A stretch of 63,216 nt of DNA, the filler included, from Octopus bimaculoides (taxonomy: Eukaryota), in NCBI RefSeq assembly GCF_001194135.2. It is 7 parts of 6 records of this genome, joined end to end, with 100 filler letters (N's around TTAATTAATTAA, not from the genome) between each part and the next. Parts side by side here need not be neighbours in the genome. Positions count along the whole stretch, not along the records: positions 42,660 to 51,333 come from NC_068984.1; positions 51,434 to 55,235 come from NC_068982.1; positions 55,336 to 56,405 come from NW_026418468.1; positions 56,506 to 63,216 come from NC_068990.1; 3 more parts are not named here. One strand, 5' to 3'. The notes under the pieces were generated by a model that did not search any database, was not told where the DNA came from, and saw nothing but the letters and a program-made list of their open reading frames with translations. Made by a program: the position numbers and the translations under genes. Positions 43,844-57,280 of this stretch are shown one piece after another (within the stretch, counting starts at the first letter, position 1; every line of letters begins with the position of its first letter).

Positions 43844-45035
43844 CTTTTGAAGATTGCCCTTAAATGTGGTTTTGGTTGTTTTGACTACTTCTTCTAGCAT
43901 GCAAAAATTGCCTGTTGAAGGTAGTTTTCTCTTGTGTTTAAATGTACACTATTTCATTTTGAGAATATGTTGTCTATTGACTTTTTACGCATGCTGGGCC
44001 ACTGGTGGTGAATTTTCTAAAAATTTACCACCCTATATATATTTTACATATGTATATATATATATACATATATATATTTCTAAACACACACATATGTATA
44101 TGTATGTATATATTTACATATATGTATGTGTATATATATATATGTATATATATATACATATATATATATATNNNNNNNNNNTATATATATATTGATATGT
44201 ATGTGTGTATAATTCACCCTTTCAATTTGTGTCTTCGATAATGTATGAAATAAAAGACTACCTACTTGAAACAAGCAAGGCACTTGCTTGTTTAAAGTGG
44301 TTGACAGAATCCCATTGTGTCGCACGTGTGTGTGTCTGTATACACACATACACATAACTTCCAATAAATGCATTGAGTGCCCTTCTTTCGTTTGTCCACT
44401 TACTCATATATATATATATGTGTGTGTGTGTATATCTATGATATGCTTCACATATGTACACATTTGTGTATCCTTGTCTTGACAGTGAATGATAATTCTA
44501 CGTGTCATTCTCATATGAGCAATGTCTCTGAAATCATGTCCATCCATGAGGATGTATTACCTTGCTTGGGAGCAGCTGCAGTTGGTATCATGAAAGGCAT
44601 CTTGGTGTAGAAAAAAATATATATACACACATGCACACATACACGCACACATACATATATACAGTGATTACATTTTTTATTTTCTCAGTATTTTAGGATT
44701 AATCTTGGTTTGATTTTTTTTATTGAAAAGTGTTCAGTGGAGAAATTATATAATTATTTATTTTGTTTTCATCTGTCATCATTCCAAAATCATTACCACC
44801 CACCACCATAACCACCACCATAACCACCGGCACCACCACCACCACCACTACTGCTCCAACCAAAAACATTCTCAAAGTATCATATTTTTTTCTCTAGCAT
44901 AAAATAAGGTTCACTTTTTAAAATTTGCCCCATAGTCTGTTCCCATTCTTTCCTTCAATTTATATTTTTGAAAACATTCAGACTTGGTCTCAACAAAAGC
45001 AAAAAAAAAAAAAAGCATAAAAATAGCATACAAAG

Positions 45036-45387
45036 ACGTAGGAGTGGCTGTGTGGTAAGTAGCTTGCTTACGAACCACATGTTTCCNNNNNNNNNNNNNN
45101 NNNNNNNNNNNNNNNNNNNNNNNNNNNNNNNNNNNNNNNNNNNNNNNNNNNNNNNNNNNNNNNNNNNNNNNNNNNNNNNNNNNNNNNNNNNNNNNNNNNN
45201 NNNNNNNNNNNNNNNNNNNNNNNNNNNNNNNNNNNNNNNNNNNNNNNNNNNNNNNNNNNNNNNNNNNNNNNNNNNNNNNNNNNNNNNNNNNNNNNNNNNN
45301 NNNNNNNNNNNNNNNNNNNNNATAGCCTCGGGCCAACCAAAGCCTTGTGAGTGGATTTGGTAGACGGAAACTGAAAGAAGCCTGTAG

Positions 45388-45430
<43 letters not shown>

Positions 45431-45640
45431 ATGTTTGTGTGTTTGTCCCCCCATCATCGCTTGACAACCGATGCTGCTGTGTTTACTTCCCCATAACTTA
45501 GTGGTTCGGCAAAAGAGACCTATAGAATAAGTACTAGGCTTACAAAGAATAAATCCTGGGGGGGTTGATTTACTCGACTAAAGGCGTTGCTCCAGCATGG
45601 CCGCAGTCAAATGACTGAAACAAGTAAAAGAGTAAGAGTA
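45036..45640 (+). mobile_element. SINE family A, full-length across a gap
   Basis: Head GTAGGAGTGGCTGTGTGGTAAG and tail ATGACTGAAACAAGTAAAAGAGTAAGAGTA. Confidence 0.9.
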
Positions 45641-47269
45641 TAAACCAGAATAAAAAAAAAAAAACCAGAAAAAGAAATAACACTTGCCTGCCCCTACCCA
45701 TCATACGATAAACAACATTACTATACAGACACATGGCTCAATGCTGCAGCTACTGTTGCTGTTGGTGCATTGCTTTGCTGCATCACTTGCTCATTCTGCT
45801 ATTGCTTATTGCATGGTCAGCGCATAGTACATGTTGTGGGTATTTCTATATTTTCTATGAATTGCACTTGGCATCTCCGATGTATGCAGCTATTTGCGCT
45901 CATTGCTGTTGCTACTTGCACTATTTTTCTCATTCTATCCCACTTCCTCACCTTCATCGCTCCTGTTGCTACCACCACCATCTACATATGCTGCAAACAC
46001 TTGTATGCACACACACACACACACACATACATGCATAAGTACAAACATATACTCATGCACATACACACCTCTCCTGCTTCTTGTTGAGTACAACGCATTA
46101 TTTTTTCCTCCTCTTTCTTGCAGAAAAAAGAGAATTTAACCAATGCTGCATGTTTAGCGAAAGAGTAAAGCAAATTCAGACCTAATATACTATGTGTGTG
46201 TGTGTGTTTTTATAATTATATATTGATAAAGAGACAGCGTAAAAAAACTGTTAAGATGGGATAGGCTNNNNNNNNNNNNNNNNNNNNNNNNNNNNNNNNN
46301 NNNNNNNNNNNNNNNNNNNNNNNNNNNNNNNNNNNNNNNNNNNNNNNNNNNNNNNNNNNNNNNNNNNNNNNNNNNNNNNNNNNNNNNNNNNNNNNNNNNN
46401 NNNNNNNNNNNNNNNNNNNNNNNNNNNNNNNNNNNNNNNNNNNNNNNNNNNNNNNNNNNNNNNNNNNNNNNNNNNNNNNNNNNNNNNNNNNNNNNNNNNN
46501 NNNNNNNNNNNNNNNNNNNNNNNNNNNNNNNNNNNNNNNNNNNNNNNNNNNNNNNNNNNNNNNNNNNNNNNNNNNNNNNNNNNNNNNNNNNNNNNNNNNN
46601 NNNNNNNNNNNNNNNNNNNNNNNNNNNNNNNNNNNNNNNNNNNNNNNNNNNNNNNNNNNNNNNNNNNNNNNNNNNNNNNNNNNNNNNNNNNNNNNNNNNN
46701 NNNNNNNNNNNNNNNNNNNNNNNNNNNNNNNNNNNNNNNNNNNNNNNNNNNNNNNNNNNNNNNNNNNNNNNNNNNNNNNNNNNNNNNNNNNNNNNNNNNN
46801 NNNNNNNNNNNNNNNNNNNNNNNNNNNNNNNNNNNNNNNNNNNNNNNNNNNNNNNNNNNNNNNNNNNNNNNNNNNNNNNNNNNNNNNNNNNNNNNNNNNN
46901 NNNNNNNNNNNNNNNNNNNNNNNNNNNNNNNNNNNNNNNNNNNNNNNNNNNNNNNNNNNNNNNNNNNNNNNNNNNNNNNNNNNNNNNNNNNNNNNNNNNN
47001 NNNNNNNNNNNNNNNNNNNNNNNNNNNNNNNNNNNNNNNNNNNNNNNNNNNNNNNNNNNNNNNNNNNNNNNNNNNNNNNNNNNNNNNNNNNNNNNNNNNN
47101 NNNNNNNNNNNNNNNNNNNNNNNNNNNNNNNNNNNNNNNNNNNNNNNNNNNNNNNNNNNNNNNNNNNNNNNNNNNNNNNNNNNNNNNNNNNNNNNNNNNN
47201 NNNNNNNNNNNNNNNNNNNNNNNNNNNNNNNNNNNNNTATATATATATATATATATATTATTTTTTCCT

Positions 47270-47608
47270 TTTTCTTTTATTTGTTTCAGTCATTTGACTG
47301 CAGCCATGCTGGAGCACCGCCATTAGTCGAACAAATTGACCCCAGGACTTATTCTTTGTTAGCCTAGTGCTTATACTATTGGTCTCTTTCGCCAAACTAC
47401 TAAGTTACGGGGACGTAATCACACCTACATCAATTGTCAAGCGGGTGGGTGGGGGGACAAACACAGACACACAAACATATACATATGACGGGCTTCTTTC
47501 AGTTTCCATCTGCGAAATCCACTCATAAGGCTGTGGTCAGTCCAAGGCTATATCAGAAGACACTTGTCCAAAACACTTGCTACTTACCACATAGCCACTC
47601 CTGCACCT
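47270..47608 (-). mobile_element. SINE family A (inverted copy)
   Basis: TTGTTTCAGTCATTTGACTG...GGGCTTCTTTCAGTTTCC...TACTTACCACATAGCCACTCCTGC. Confidence 0.9.
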
Positions 47609-47864
47609 AACAGATTTTTCAGTGAGTTTGGTGGCTTATTTGAGTATTTTAGCTCTTCTTTCTAGCAAGCTGGTACTTCTTGTATCCCCTATTCTAATTA
47701 TTTATTAATTAGAAAATTTTATTGGTTAGCCAATTAACGGCATTATTGCTTGCTGGCCACTAATATTATTGTTGTTATTATTATTATTAAATATTTATAT
47801 ATTTACTGCTAATGATAATAATAATATTTATATGAATATTCATTGAAATATTTACTCATATATA

Positions 47865-47897
<33 letters not shown>

Positions 47898-47956
47898 GCA
47901 TATGTATAGATAGGTAGATAGATAGATAGATAGATCTGCATGAATANNNNNNNNNN

Positions 47957-47988
<32 letters not shown>

Positions 47989-48168
47989 ACTTTTATTACC
48001 TTTATTCCTACCTCAGTTCATCTAATTGTATATATATATATATCGTTACTTTTCCTAAAAAGCCTTACCTTCTTGTTAATTTTCAATGTGCATTTTCCCT
48101 TATTTTTCTGCTTACTTTCCCTTTACATTTCCACGGGTAATTTCTATTTTGTTTTTTCAACATATTTC

Positions 48169-48207
<39 letters not shown>

Positions 48208-48500
48208 TATTTATATATACACACATACATTTTTCAAACTTGCACTCATGTAGTGTATGTGTATGTCACTTTATGAACTGTACACAAAGTGTTTGTGGAC
48301 TTTGTTACTGTTTGTGTCCATGCTTGTGTGTATACTCTGTATGGATATGTTACTGTATTCATGTGACCAGTCTAAGAACCTCAAAGGGAGAATCTTTTGG
48401 AATGTTTTTACAAAATTTCACTGTACTTCTAATTGACTGTATTTGGAGAATGGTGAATCACTCCGTTTTGTTCTTTTCTGGAGAACATTAGAATTTTTAG

Positions 48501-48573
<73 letters not shown>

Positions 48574-48894
48574 TATTTTTGCAGTATTGTTTTTAGATCT
48601 TTACTTTTTGCGTTTTCGTTTTTAATTTTATTTTACGGGAGAAAGTTAAGTGATGAGTAAAAATTCCATCAATTTTCCAAGTCCATTTTCATCTTTGCGC
48701 CGTGTCTGGCACTGGCAGAGGAGGGAAGAAATAGTGTATTGCTGCACTTTGACCTTCGTTGATCCCTCACCTTTTAAATTGTTTCTGGACTTCTTCATTA
48801 GGCTTAAATAAATAGACACAATAAATATTCATTTACAAACTCAAGCATAAGTACATATACACATATAGAAACATGTACTTATATATATACAGTA

Positions 48895-48950
<56 letters not shown>

Positions 48951-49123
48951 ATGTACTTTGAGAGAGAAGTACATATGCACATTGTGTTACAGACAGTTAA
49001 AGATATTGTTTCAAATTGTGAAACTTAAAATGCCACAAAAACTTGCAGACGTTTATTGAAAAATATGTACCACGAAATGTATGTTTGCTTTTTACTAGTA
49101 TTAACATTACATACATACATGAG

Positions 49124-49154
<31 letters not shown>

Positions 49155-49770
49155 AGGTTGCTTCCTAACCAGATAGTTTTGGGTTGGTGTGTTTATGTTC
49201 TCGTAACCTAGTGGTTCAGCAAAAAATATCGATAAAGTACTGCAGTTAATTCCTTTCACTAAAAATTTGGTGACATAGTATGGCCACAGTCTAGCAACTG
49301 AAATATATGTATATATATATGTATATATATCTTCATCATCATCATTTTAGTGTCTATTTGGCCATGCTTGCAAGGGTCAGACAGGACTATGGTGGAGCAG
49401 AGCCGTCTATGGCCAGATGCCCTTCCTGACATCGGCTCTCGTCAGTTTCCAAACAAGGGAATAAATCCTTAGTGTATTAGGACAAAGGGTGCAGGCATGG
49501 TTATGTGGTGAACTGGAAAAAAAAAAACCTTTGTTCATAATCAGCAAACACATGCAATGATGAGAAGAAATATGAGCTTACTCACGCAATATGCAAGGTT
49601 CCTTTATTTCTTGTCTATTTATTTCACTTGAAAAGTAGTGATTGATCTGCAACCTTAGTGCAGGACACCGGTTGACAGCATCTACAAGCTGAAGAGAACC
49701 CTAGCCACATGTTTCAGGTAGAATTTCGTAACTACACTGTCATATACAAACATATACATGTATGTATATA

Positions 49771-49992
49771 TGAGGGGGTGCTGAAAGTTCTGGGCTTTGG
49801 GTTAAAAAAAAAAAAAAGCAGGTGGATCAGTAAATTATGATTTTATCGAACATATTCCACTCTCAATTCACACACTTATTGCAGTGGTCCCTCAGGTTTT
49901 TGCAAGCCTGGGAAAAAGAACTCAGAAGGTTGGGCCACCAGCCAGGCATTTTCTGATACCCTTAAAGCCAGAAACTTTTCAGCACCCCCTTT
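49771..49992. mobile_element. Mariner-type MITE (~220 bp)
   Basis: TIRs GAGGGGGTGCTGAAAGTTCTGGGCTTT and AAAGCCAGAAACTTTTCAGCACCCCCT, in a TA context. Confidence 0.8.
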
Positions 49993-50134
49993 TATATATA
50001 TGTGTGTGTCATCATCATTTAATGTCTATTTTCCATGCTGGCATGGGTTGGATGATTTTACAGGAGCTGACCAGCTGAAGGGCTGTTCAGGCTCCATATC
50101 TGTTTTGGCATGGTCTCTACAGCTGGATGCCCTT

Positions 50135-50170
<36 letters not shown>

Positions 50171-50176
50171 GTTTAT

Positions 50177-50570
50177 AGAGTGGGTGTGTGGTAAGTAGCT
50201 TGTTTACCAACCACATGGTTCAGGGTTCAGTCCCACTGCATGGCACCTTGGGCAAATATCTTCTACTATAGCCTCAGGTCGACCAAAGCTTTGCGAGTGG
50301 ATTTGGTAGACGGAAACTGAAAGAAGCCTGTCGTATGTATGTATATGTATATATATGTCTGTTTGTGTGTCTGTGTTTGTCCCTACAACATCGCTTGACA
50401 GCCGATGCTAGTGTGTTTACGTCTCCATAACTTAGCGGTTCGGTAAAACAGACCGATAGAATAAGTACTAGGCTTACAAAGAATTAGTCCTGGGGTCGAT
50501 TTGCTTGACTAAAGGCGATGCTCTAGCATGGCCGCAGTCAAATGACCGAAACAAGTAAAAGAGTAAAAAG
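50177..50570 (+). mobile_element. SINE family A, full-length
   Basis: Complete head, internal AT/GT microsatellite linker and tail GCATGGCCGCAGTCAAATGACCGAAACAAGTAAAAGAGTAAA. Confidence 0.92.
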
Positions 50571-51291
50571 CGAGTATATATAATAGGCAATAGGTATAAG
50601 TAAGGCTTTAAGCTTAAAGAGTTTAACTTCATAACCATGTAGCTCCAGTGCATGGTTAATGCATGCGATGCTTTCTGAATGAAATTTGGTAGATGGAAAC
50701 AGCCCATTGCATATGTGTGTTTGTGGGTAAAATCATACAGAAATGTCATCAATGTTAAAATGTTAACGGATTTTGAATCCCAGGAATTCATAGGTCTAAA
50801 GCTTATCTATCTATATGGTTCCTAGTTTATCAAATCAAATCAAATGAAACCAAAGTGATAGCTAGAAGGTTAATTGCTTGCAGGTAATTTTTTCACAAGC
50901 ATAACAGATTTCTGAGTTATGTTGAATTAGATCCTTTCGAGAAAGAACACAACTCTACAGGGAGAAAATAAAAAAAATGTATGAAAAAAAAAAAGAAATG
51001 CTGTAACTGATATGGAAACTAGTTATCGAAATACTTTCTTCATTCAACCATTTCATGGAATTTTATTCTAATCAGAAATAAAACCACCACTGCCACCACA
51101 ACAACAACAACAACAGCAACTACAACTAATACTGCTGCTTCTACTATCATCATAAGAACTACTACAATTATCATCATCATCATCATAACAAATAAAATTG
51201 CTCTAATGTCGCCATCAACCGCTAAGCAGTCACTAGTGACCACCAAGGATTATAAAATGCTTTTCACTGCTGTTCTGTACCATCCTTGTCT

Positions 51292-51333
<42 letters not shown>

Positions 51334-51686
51334 NNNNNNNNNNNNNNNNNNNNNNNNNNNNNNNNNNNNNNNNNNNNTTAATTAATTAANNNNNNNNNNN
51401 NNNNNNNNNNNNNNNNNNNNNNNNNNNNNNNNNCGAGTCGCCTTTATATATATATATTTATATTTATATATTTATATATTTGATCCTTTATATTGAACAC
51501 TCAATATTTCATCTACATTCAATACTTTCTTTCATGGTGCCATCCATTTTTATTTTATTTTATTTTATATTGTATATTGTATATCATATTATATATTGTA
51601 TATTCCATATTCTATACCCCACATTAGTTCTGCAGGAATATAAATAAAACATAAAAAACAGACAGTGTTAGAACTCTTTTAAGCAA

Positions 51687-51724
<38 letters not shown>

Positions 51725-52689
51725 CTATTAGGGAATGTCAAAATCCAAAATTACAAGGGTATTCAATTTAGTAATACCAAATTGAATTTTATAATAAAAA
51801 ATACATTAATAATTTAGAGAAGAACCACCAAAATGCAATTCAAACAATGAAGGAGATCAGACACCATCAAGAAAAACGTACTCTACAAAATGCTCATTTA
51901 AAAATCTATAAAATCTAAAAGAAAAGTTTATAATCCATAAAATCTATAAAATATTAGATTAAAAATTTAATTCAGTTTAGTAAGTTTGTAAAAAAGAAAG
52001 TGAATTATAGACTACACACATTTCATGGCCACATAATAGCAGAAAAAATCTGTACAAATCACAATAAATTGATCAAGATAAATTCTACTCAAAGTGAAGT
52101 CACTCTTCAGGTCTTTATAAATTCAAATAACGTATCCTACTATTTAAATAATATAGATAAAATAAAGTAGGAATATAGTAGAAATATCTGTACGTGTAGG
52201 AAAGCTATTATTAGTACAATACATAAAATGTCAAGGTTTAATAATAATAAAAATCATTAAAGTTGAAGGCCTAATTCCTGCAATGAAGAAATGCTTACTG
52301 TAGATTGAGAATAGGAAAACATATAAAAAGATAGTGTTATTAACTAATAAATGAATTTGAATATTTAACAGTATAATACTTGAGCAAGTGCCTTTGCCAT
52401 AGTCTCAAGTTGATCCAAGCCTTGTGAATAAATTTGGGCATATGGAAACTGTGTAGAAGCCTAATGAACTATTCCTATAATTTAAAAATGCAGCCTTGTC
52501 ACACAGCATTCATGTTGATTCTGTTTCGGAATTATGATAAGGGTGCAGTTGTTTGTGGAATACTCCTCATGCTAATTCAATGAGTAGGTCATCTAACTGA
52601 TAAGATGATTGCATACTTGCACATTGAAATTAACGAGGGTCAGACAACCTTGTTTAGATCTCTACATAAAATAGTATACACAGTTCTAT

Positions 52690-53720
52690 GCAAATAAAGT
52701 ATCAGTCAATATGTTTTGATAAACAGGTAAAACCTGTTTATAAGCTTGGTATACAGTGTTATGTACTGTATTTTCCAGTATACAAGTCAATGTAATATAT
52801 AGCATAAACGTTGTAGTGTAAACATTCAAATATTGCCTTTTCACTTTCCAAATTTTGCTGCATTTCACATGGAATTTTTGGTCCTCCAAAACAAGACTGT
52901 CTTGGTGTATAAATTGACCTACCATGTGTTTGGTTGTGAATTTTGGTTAGAAAAATGCAACTTATATGCTGGAAAATAGGGTGTATTGTCTTGCACATGT
53001 TGTCTTGGATAGAGTTATATTGTATTGTATATAGTCCCAACTGCAAATATATACTCAAGTGTATATAGTCATGAGTACAGATACAAATTCTATAAATTCT
53101 CATCTCGAGTTCACCTCTTGGAACAGGTGTACCTAATTTTCCAGAATATACATTGACAAAGTAGCATATAGTGTAAATGTGTAGCGTACATATTAAAACA
53201 TCTTCCCAAATCATGCTGCATTTCACATGGAATTTTCGGTCCTTCAAAATCTTGGTGTATAAATCATCCTATATTATTCAGCTGTAAATATTGGTTTGAA
53301 AAATTTGAATTGTATGCTAGAAAATACAGTATATAGTCTTGTGTATATTGTTTTATGTAGAGGTATATAGTCTTGTGTATATAATCATAGGTATACATAT
53401 GTATAGTTCTGTGCATATAGTCATGAGTGTAGGTATATATTCTGTAAATTCTCATCTTGCATTCACTCTTCAGACAGGTATACCATATTTTCCAGCATAC
53501 AAATCTATGTAGTATATCGTGTAAACATGTAGTGGAAACATTCAATCATTGTCACTATCCTTCCAAATCCTTCAGCATTTCAAATAAAAGTTTTGGTCTT
53601 CCAAAGTCATCATGGAGCTGCCATTTTTGGCTGTAAATTTTGAATTGAAAAATTTGATTTGTATGCCAGATAATAAGGTATATAGTTTTATTCAGATAAA
53701 GTATGCGTCAATATATTTCA
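52690..53720. repeat. Diverged tandem repeat, about 3 units of ~360 bp
   Basis: TTTTCCAG anchors lie at about 52771, 53137 and 53488; GCATTTCA anchors at about 52859, 53218 and 53576. Confidence 0.85.
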
Positions 53721-54089
53721 AAGGTTGTTTGTAAATATATAAAATATATAATTTGTCTTAGGGCATCTGACTTGAAAGTGTCTTTTAGATTTCTATGGTG
53801 ATTCTCTTTTGAAATATATTATCTCCATTTCTATGAAAGGAACCACTAGTTTTCTGCAATAATTAATGCTTTTTAAATTCAGCTAATGAAAGGAATTTTA
53901 TATAGTCTCTTGACTTAGTGTAATCTGTACACTCCTGAGTCATATAGACTCATAGCACTGGCTTTCTGGTTTCCGAGGTGCATATACACACTCCTGTATG
54001 GGACACTGGTCTGTGACATAATTACTTATTTCTGCCAGTTGTGTGGACTAAAAAAATACATTAAGTTCCTTCCTCAAATCATACTGATT

Positions 54090-54296
54090 CATGAAGGCCA
54101 GTATCCTGGTTTCATGACATGTATATTCCCCACCTGGATGGGATGCTGGTCCATCACAGGATTACTCATTTTTGCCAGCTGAGTGGACTGGAGCAATGTG
54201 AAATGAAGTGTTTTGCCCAATGTGTCACCTGATCCAGGAATCAAAATCTCAATCTTACAATCATGAATCAAACGATCTAGCCACTAAGCCATGTAG
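54090..54296 (-). mobile_element. Hybrid SINE: family C head/CORE plus family D 3' body
   Basis: Minus strand TTGCTCCAGTCCACTCAGCTGGCAAAAATGAGT (shared with 5481-5768) is joined to CTGTGATGGACCAGCATCCCATCCAG (shared with 42766-43060). Confidence 0.7.
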
Positions 54297-55197
54297 CTGG
54301 ACATCAAGTCATATCTAGATGAACAAATTTCTTATCTTTAAAGTGAGGGTTGTGCATTGTGTGTCTTTAATCTTAAGACAATAATATACTCCACAAAAAA
54401 AACAAAAAAAACCCCCAAAAAAAACAGACAAAATAAACAACAGGAGGCACACATATTGAAATGTCAATCAAATGCTTCAGTTAATTAGCTAGCTTCATAA
54501 ATTCTCATCAAGGAGAGCTGACTAAGCTTATGTAATAACATCAATTAAAAGAAATTAAATATTTCATATGCATCACTATAAAAAGTTAAAAGTTAAAAAA
54601 ATACAACATAAAAGATAACATGAGAGAATTGGCATCGTTTCAAAGATTCAAATCTGGTTTAGCATCCAACTTCAGTGCAAGTCTAAAACCACAGATGTTT
54701 GGTTAGTTTTAGTCTATGCTGTATATGTGTGTGTATATATGTGTGGTTATATATTTGTATGTATATATGTATTTATATATGTGTGTGTGTGTGTGTGTGA
54801 AATAATTAATATCAAGAGTAAATCATCTGGTGGTGTAGATGTGGTAATTAGTGTATAAGTAGAATAATGTAGCACATCAGAGGACATATTAATTAATTAA
54901 TTCTATATATGAATATATGTCATGCCTTGGTCTAAAATAATTTTGAGGTTATTACTCCTTAGAGACTGTTACAAGTCATCAAAACACCAGTTGTGTTCTA
55001 CACAAGTAAATAAATTTATACTGGAATATTAACTGGTGTGTATGGACTTTTAAAGCAAATGACTAAGCATACATGCGCACGTGTGTGTGTGCATGCATAT
55101 CTGTGTGTATGTTTGTGTGTGTATAGTATGTGTGTATACATATTTATACATATATATATATATGTATATATATATATGTGTGTGTGTATAGGCATAC

Positions 55198-55235
<38 letters not shown>

Positions 55236-56720
55236 NNNNNNNNNNNNNNNNNNNNNNNNNNNNNNNNNNNNNNNNNNNNTTAATTAATTAANNNNNNNNN
55301 NNNNNNNNNNNNNNNNNNNNNNNNNNNNNNNNNNNATATATTTCGTGTATTGATGGAACATTTGAATATCGGTTATCCATAAAAATATTTCAGTCTAGAC
55401 AAATCTTACTATGAAGCTGTAATATAGTTATGAAGAACAAAGTGATATTATACCGTGAAATTTATACCGTGAAATTACGAGACATGACATTCAGATTCAT
55501 AAAAATAAATATGTATTATCTCAGATGTTATATTAATTGCGCATACAATAGTTTATACAAAGAATACATTGCAAGACTATTGAAACACACAAGAGAAATA
55601 ATACGAATTATACGAATTATACCGAACGGGTATTCATTTGTTGACTGATGAGGTAAATTTAATTGATCCACAGGACAATGAAGAAAGGATATCTCAGATA
55701 AGACTTTAAATTAACTTCTTTTAATTGGAACAACAATCTTCTGTGAACATTCCTCCGACCAATTTCGAAACCATATAACTATGCAAGTAATACACGTGAA
55801 AGCAATTGTTGATTATGAATTAGAATATATGAAGTATGATATTTTCTACAAAGTGAGAATTTATTAACTTGCGTTGAGGAGAGTGGGCAATCATTGCGGG
55901 CACTTCAACATGTTCCTATTTCACTCCAAACCATGGCAGTGCTTCAACCTTGGATAAGCAGCATAAACTCTTAATCAGATGGACGAAACAATTACTGTGA
56001 GATGCCAATGCAGTAGACACGTACGTTGGACAGTTTGAAATTAAATATGGTGAATAATTGACTGCTAAAACCATAATTGCCATGGCTATTCACTTAGTAA
56101 ACTATTTAGGATCAAACGACGCGAATCCTTGATGTACCCATCGGAAAAAAATACACGGCGATTGCTTAACTCAAATGATCCTACCGCTTCGTTACTCCTC
56201 GAATTGGTTAACAAGAACTTGGATCATAATCGAACGCTTCAACGGGACCCGCCTGTATATATTATCCCTGTTTATTCTCGACACATACACTCACATATAC
56301 ATACATGCACGTGTATGTATGTTTGCAGGTATATATCTCACCAGATGGAGTACTTTTTTGTTGAATTTTCTATTACGGAACTGCACGCTATGCATGCATA
56401 TATATNNNNNNNNNNNNNNNNNNNNNNNNNNNNNNNNNNNNNNNNNNNNTTAATTAATTAANNNNNNNNNNNNNNNNNNNNNNNNNNNNNNNNNNNNNNN
56501 NNNNNTGGGTGGAATAATCTCCCACTCCAAAGTAGTGCTTTTCTTGTTGTTCTTGTTGTCCGTCATGTTAGAAAAAACAAAAAGACAGTTCACAGAGATA
56601 GTTCAAAAAGTTTTTGAAGTAAACAGAAGAGAAAACAGTTCAGGAAAAAACAAAACAAAAAGACATGACGAACACACTCTTCCGGCCACAGATACTCCTG
56701 GCCCAAACTGGAACTTGGTA

Positions 56721-57280
56721 GCAACAGCAAAACCAGGTACTCCGAAGCAGGAACTACAGCAAACCAGGTACTCCAAGGCAGGATTTTCAGCAAACCAAGT
56801 ACAAAAACAATATTTTGGTGGCGAGAAACAAAACAAACCAAAAAAAGTTAGCTCACCTCAGCTTGACTCACCACAGTCTAGAGTTCAGCAGGGATTTATT
56901 AAAAATAACAACAAATTCCCACCGAACTCAAAAAACAAAAAGTCCTACCTGTAACGAGTGTCTTTTCCCCCCTCTTATTCACGCAGTTCAAAGCAACAGC
57001 AAAACCAGGCACTTCGAAGCAGGAACTACGGAAAACCAGGTACTCCAAGGCAAGAATTACAGCAGAGGAACAATATTTTGGTGGCGAGATACGACCACCA
57101 AAAATATTTTAACTCACTAAAATGTGAGTACAACTAGACTCACCACAGGCAGACAAAAATGTTTAGAGTTGGGCAGGTATATATTAAAAATAACACAATA
57201 AATCCCCACCGAACTAAAAACCACAAAAGTCTTACCTGTAGCCAGTCTCTTATTTCTCTTATTCACGCAGCTCAAAGCAA
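56721..57280 (-). repeat. Two diverged tandem ~275-bp units, each carrying a minus-strand 5' splice-site-like motif
   Basis: Units begin GCAACAGCAAAACCAGG at 56721 and 56993; CAG|GTAAG at 57236/57235 and CAG|GTAGG at 56949/56948. Confidence 0.8.

Noticed and set aside
45733-46139. Cys/His-rich overlapping ORFs
   Set aside because: They derive from degenerate TGC/CAC-rich simple sequence, and the minus-strand frames are closed.
56815-56826. TGGTGGCGAG as an LTR primer-binding site
   Set aside because: Only about 7 nt match a tRNA-Leu 3' end, and no TG...CA LTR pair or gag/pol is visible.
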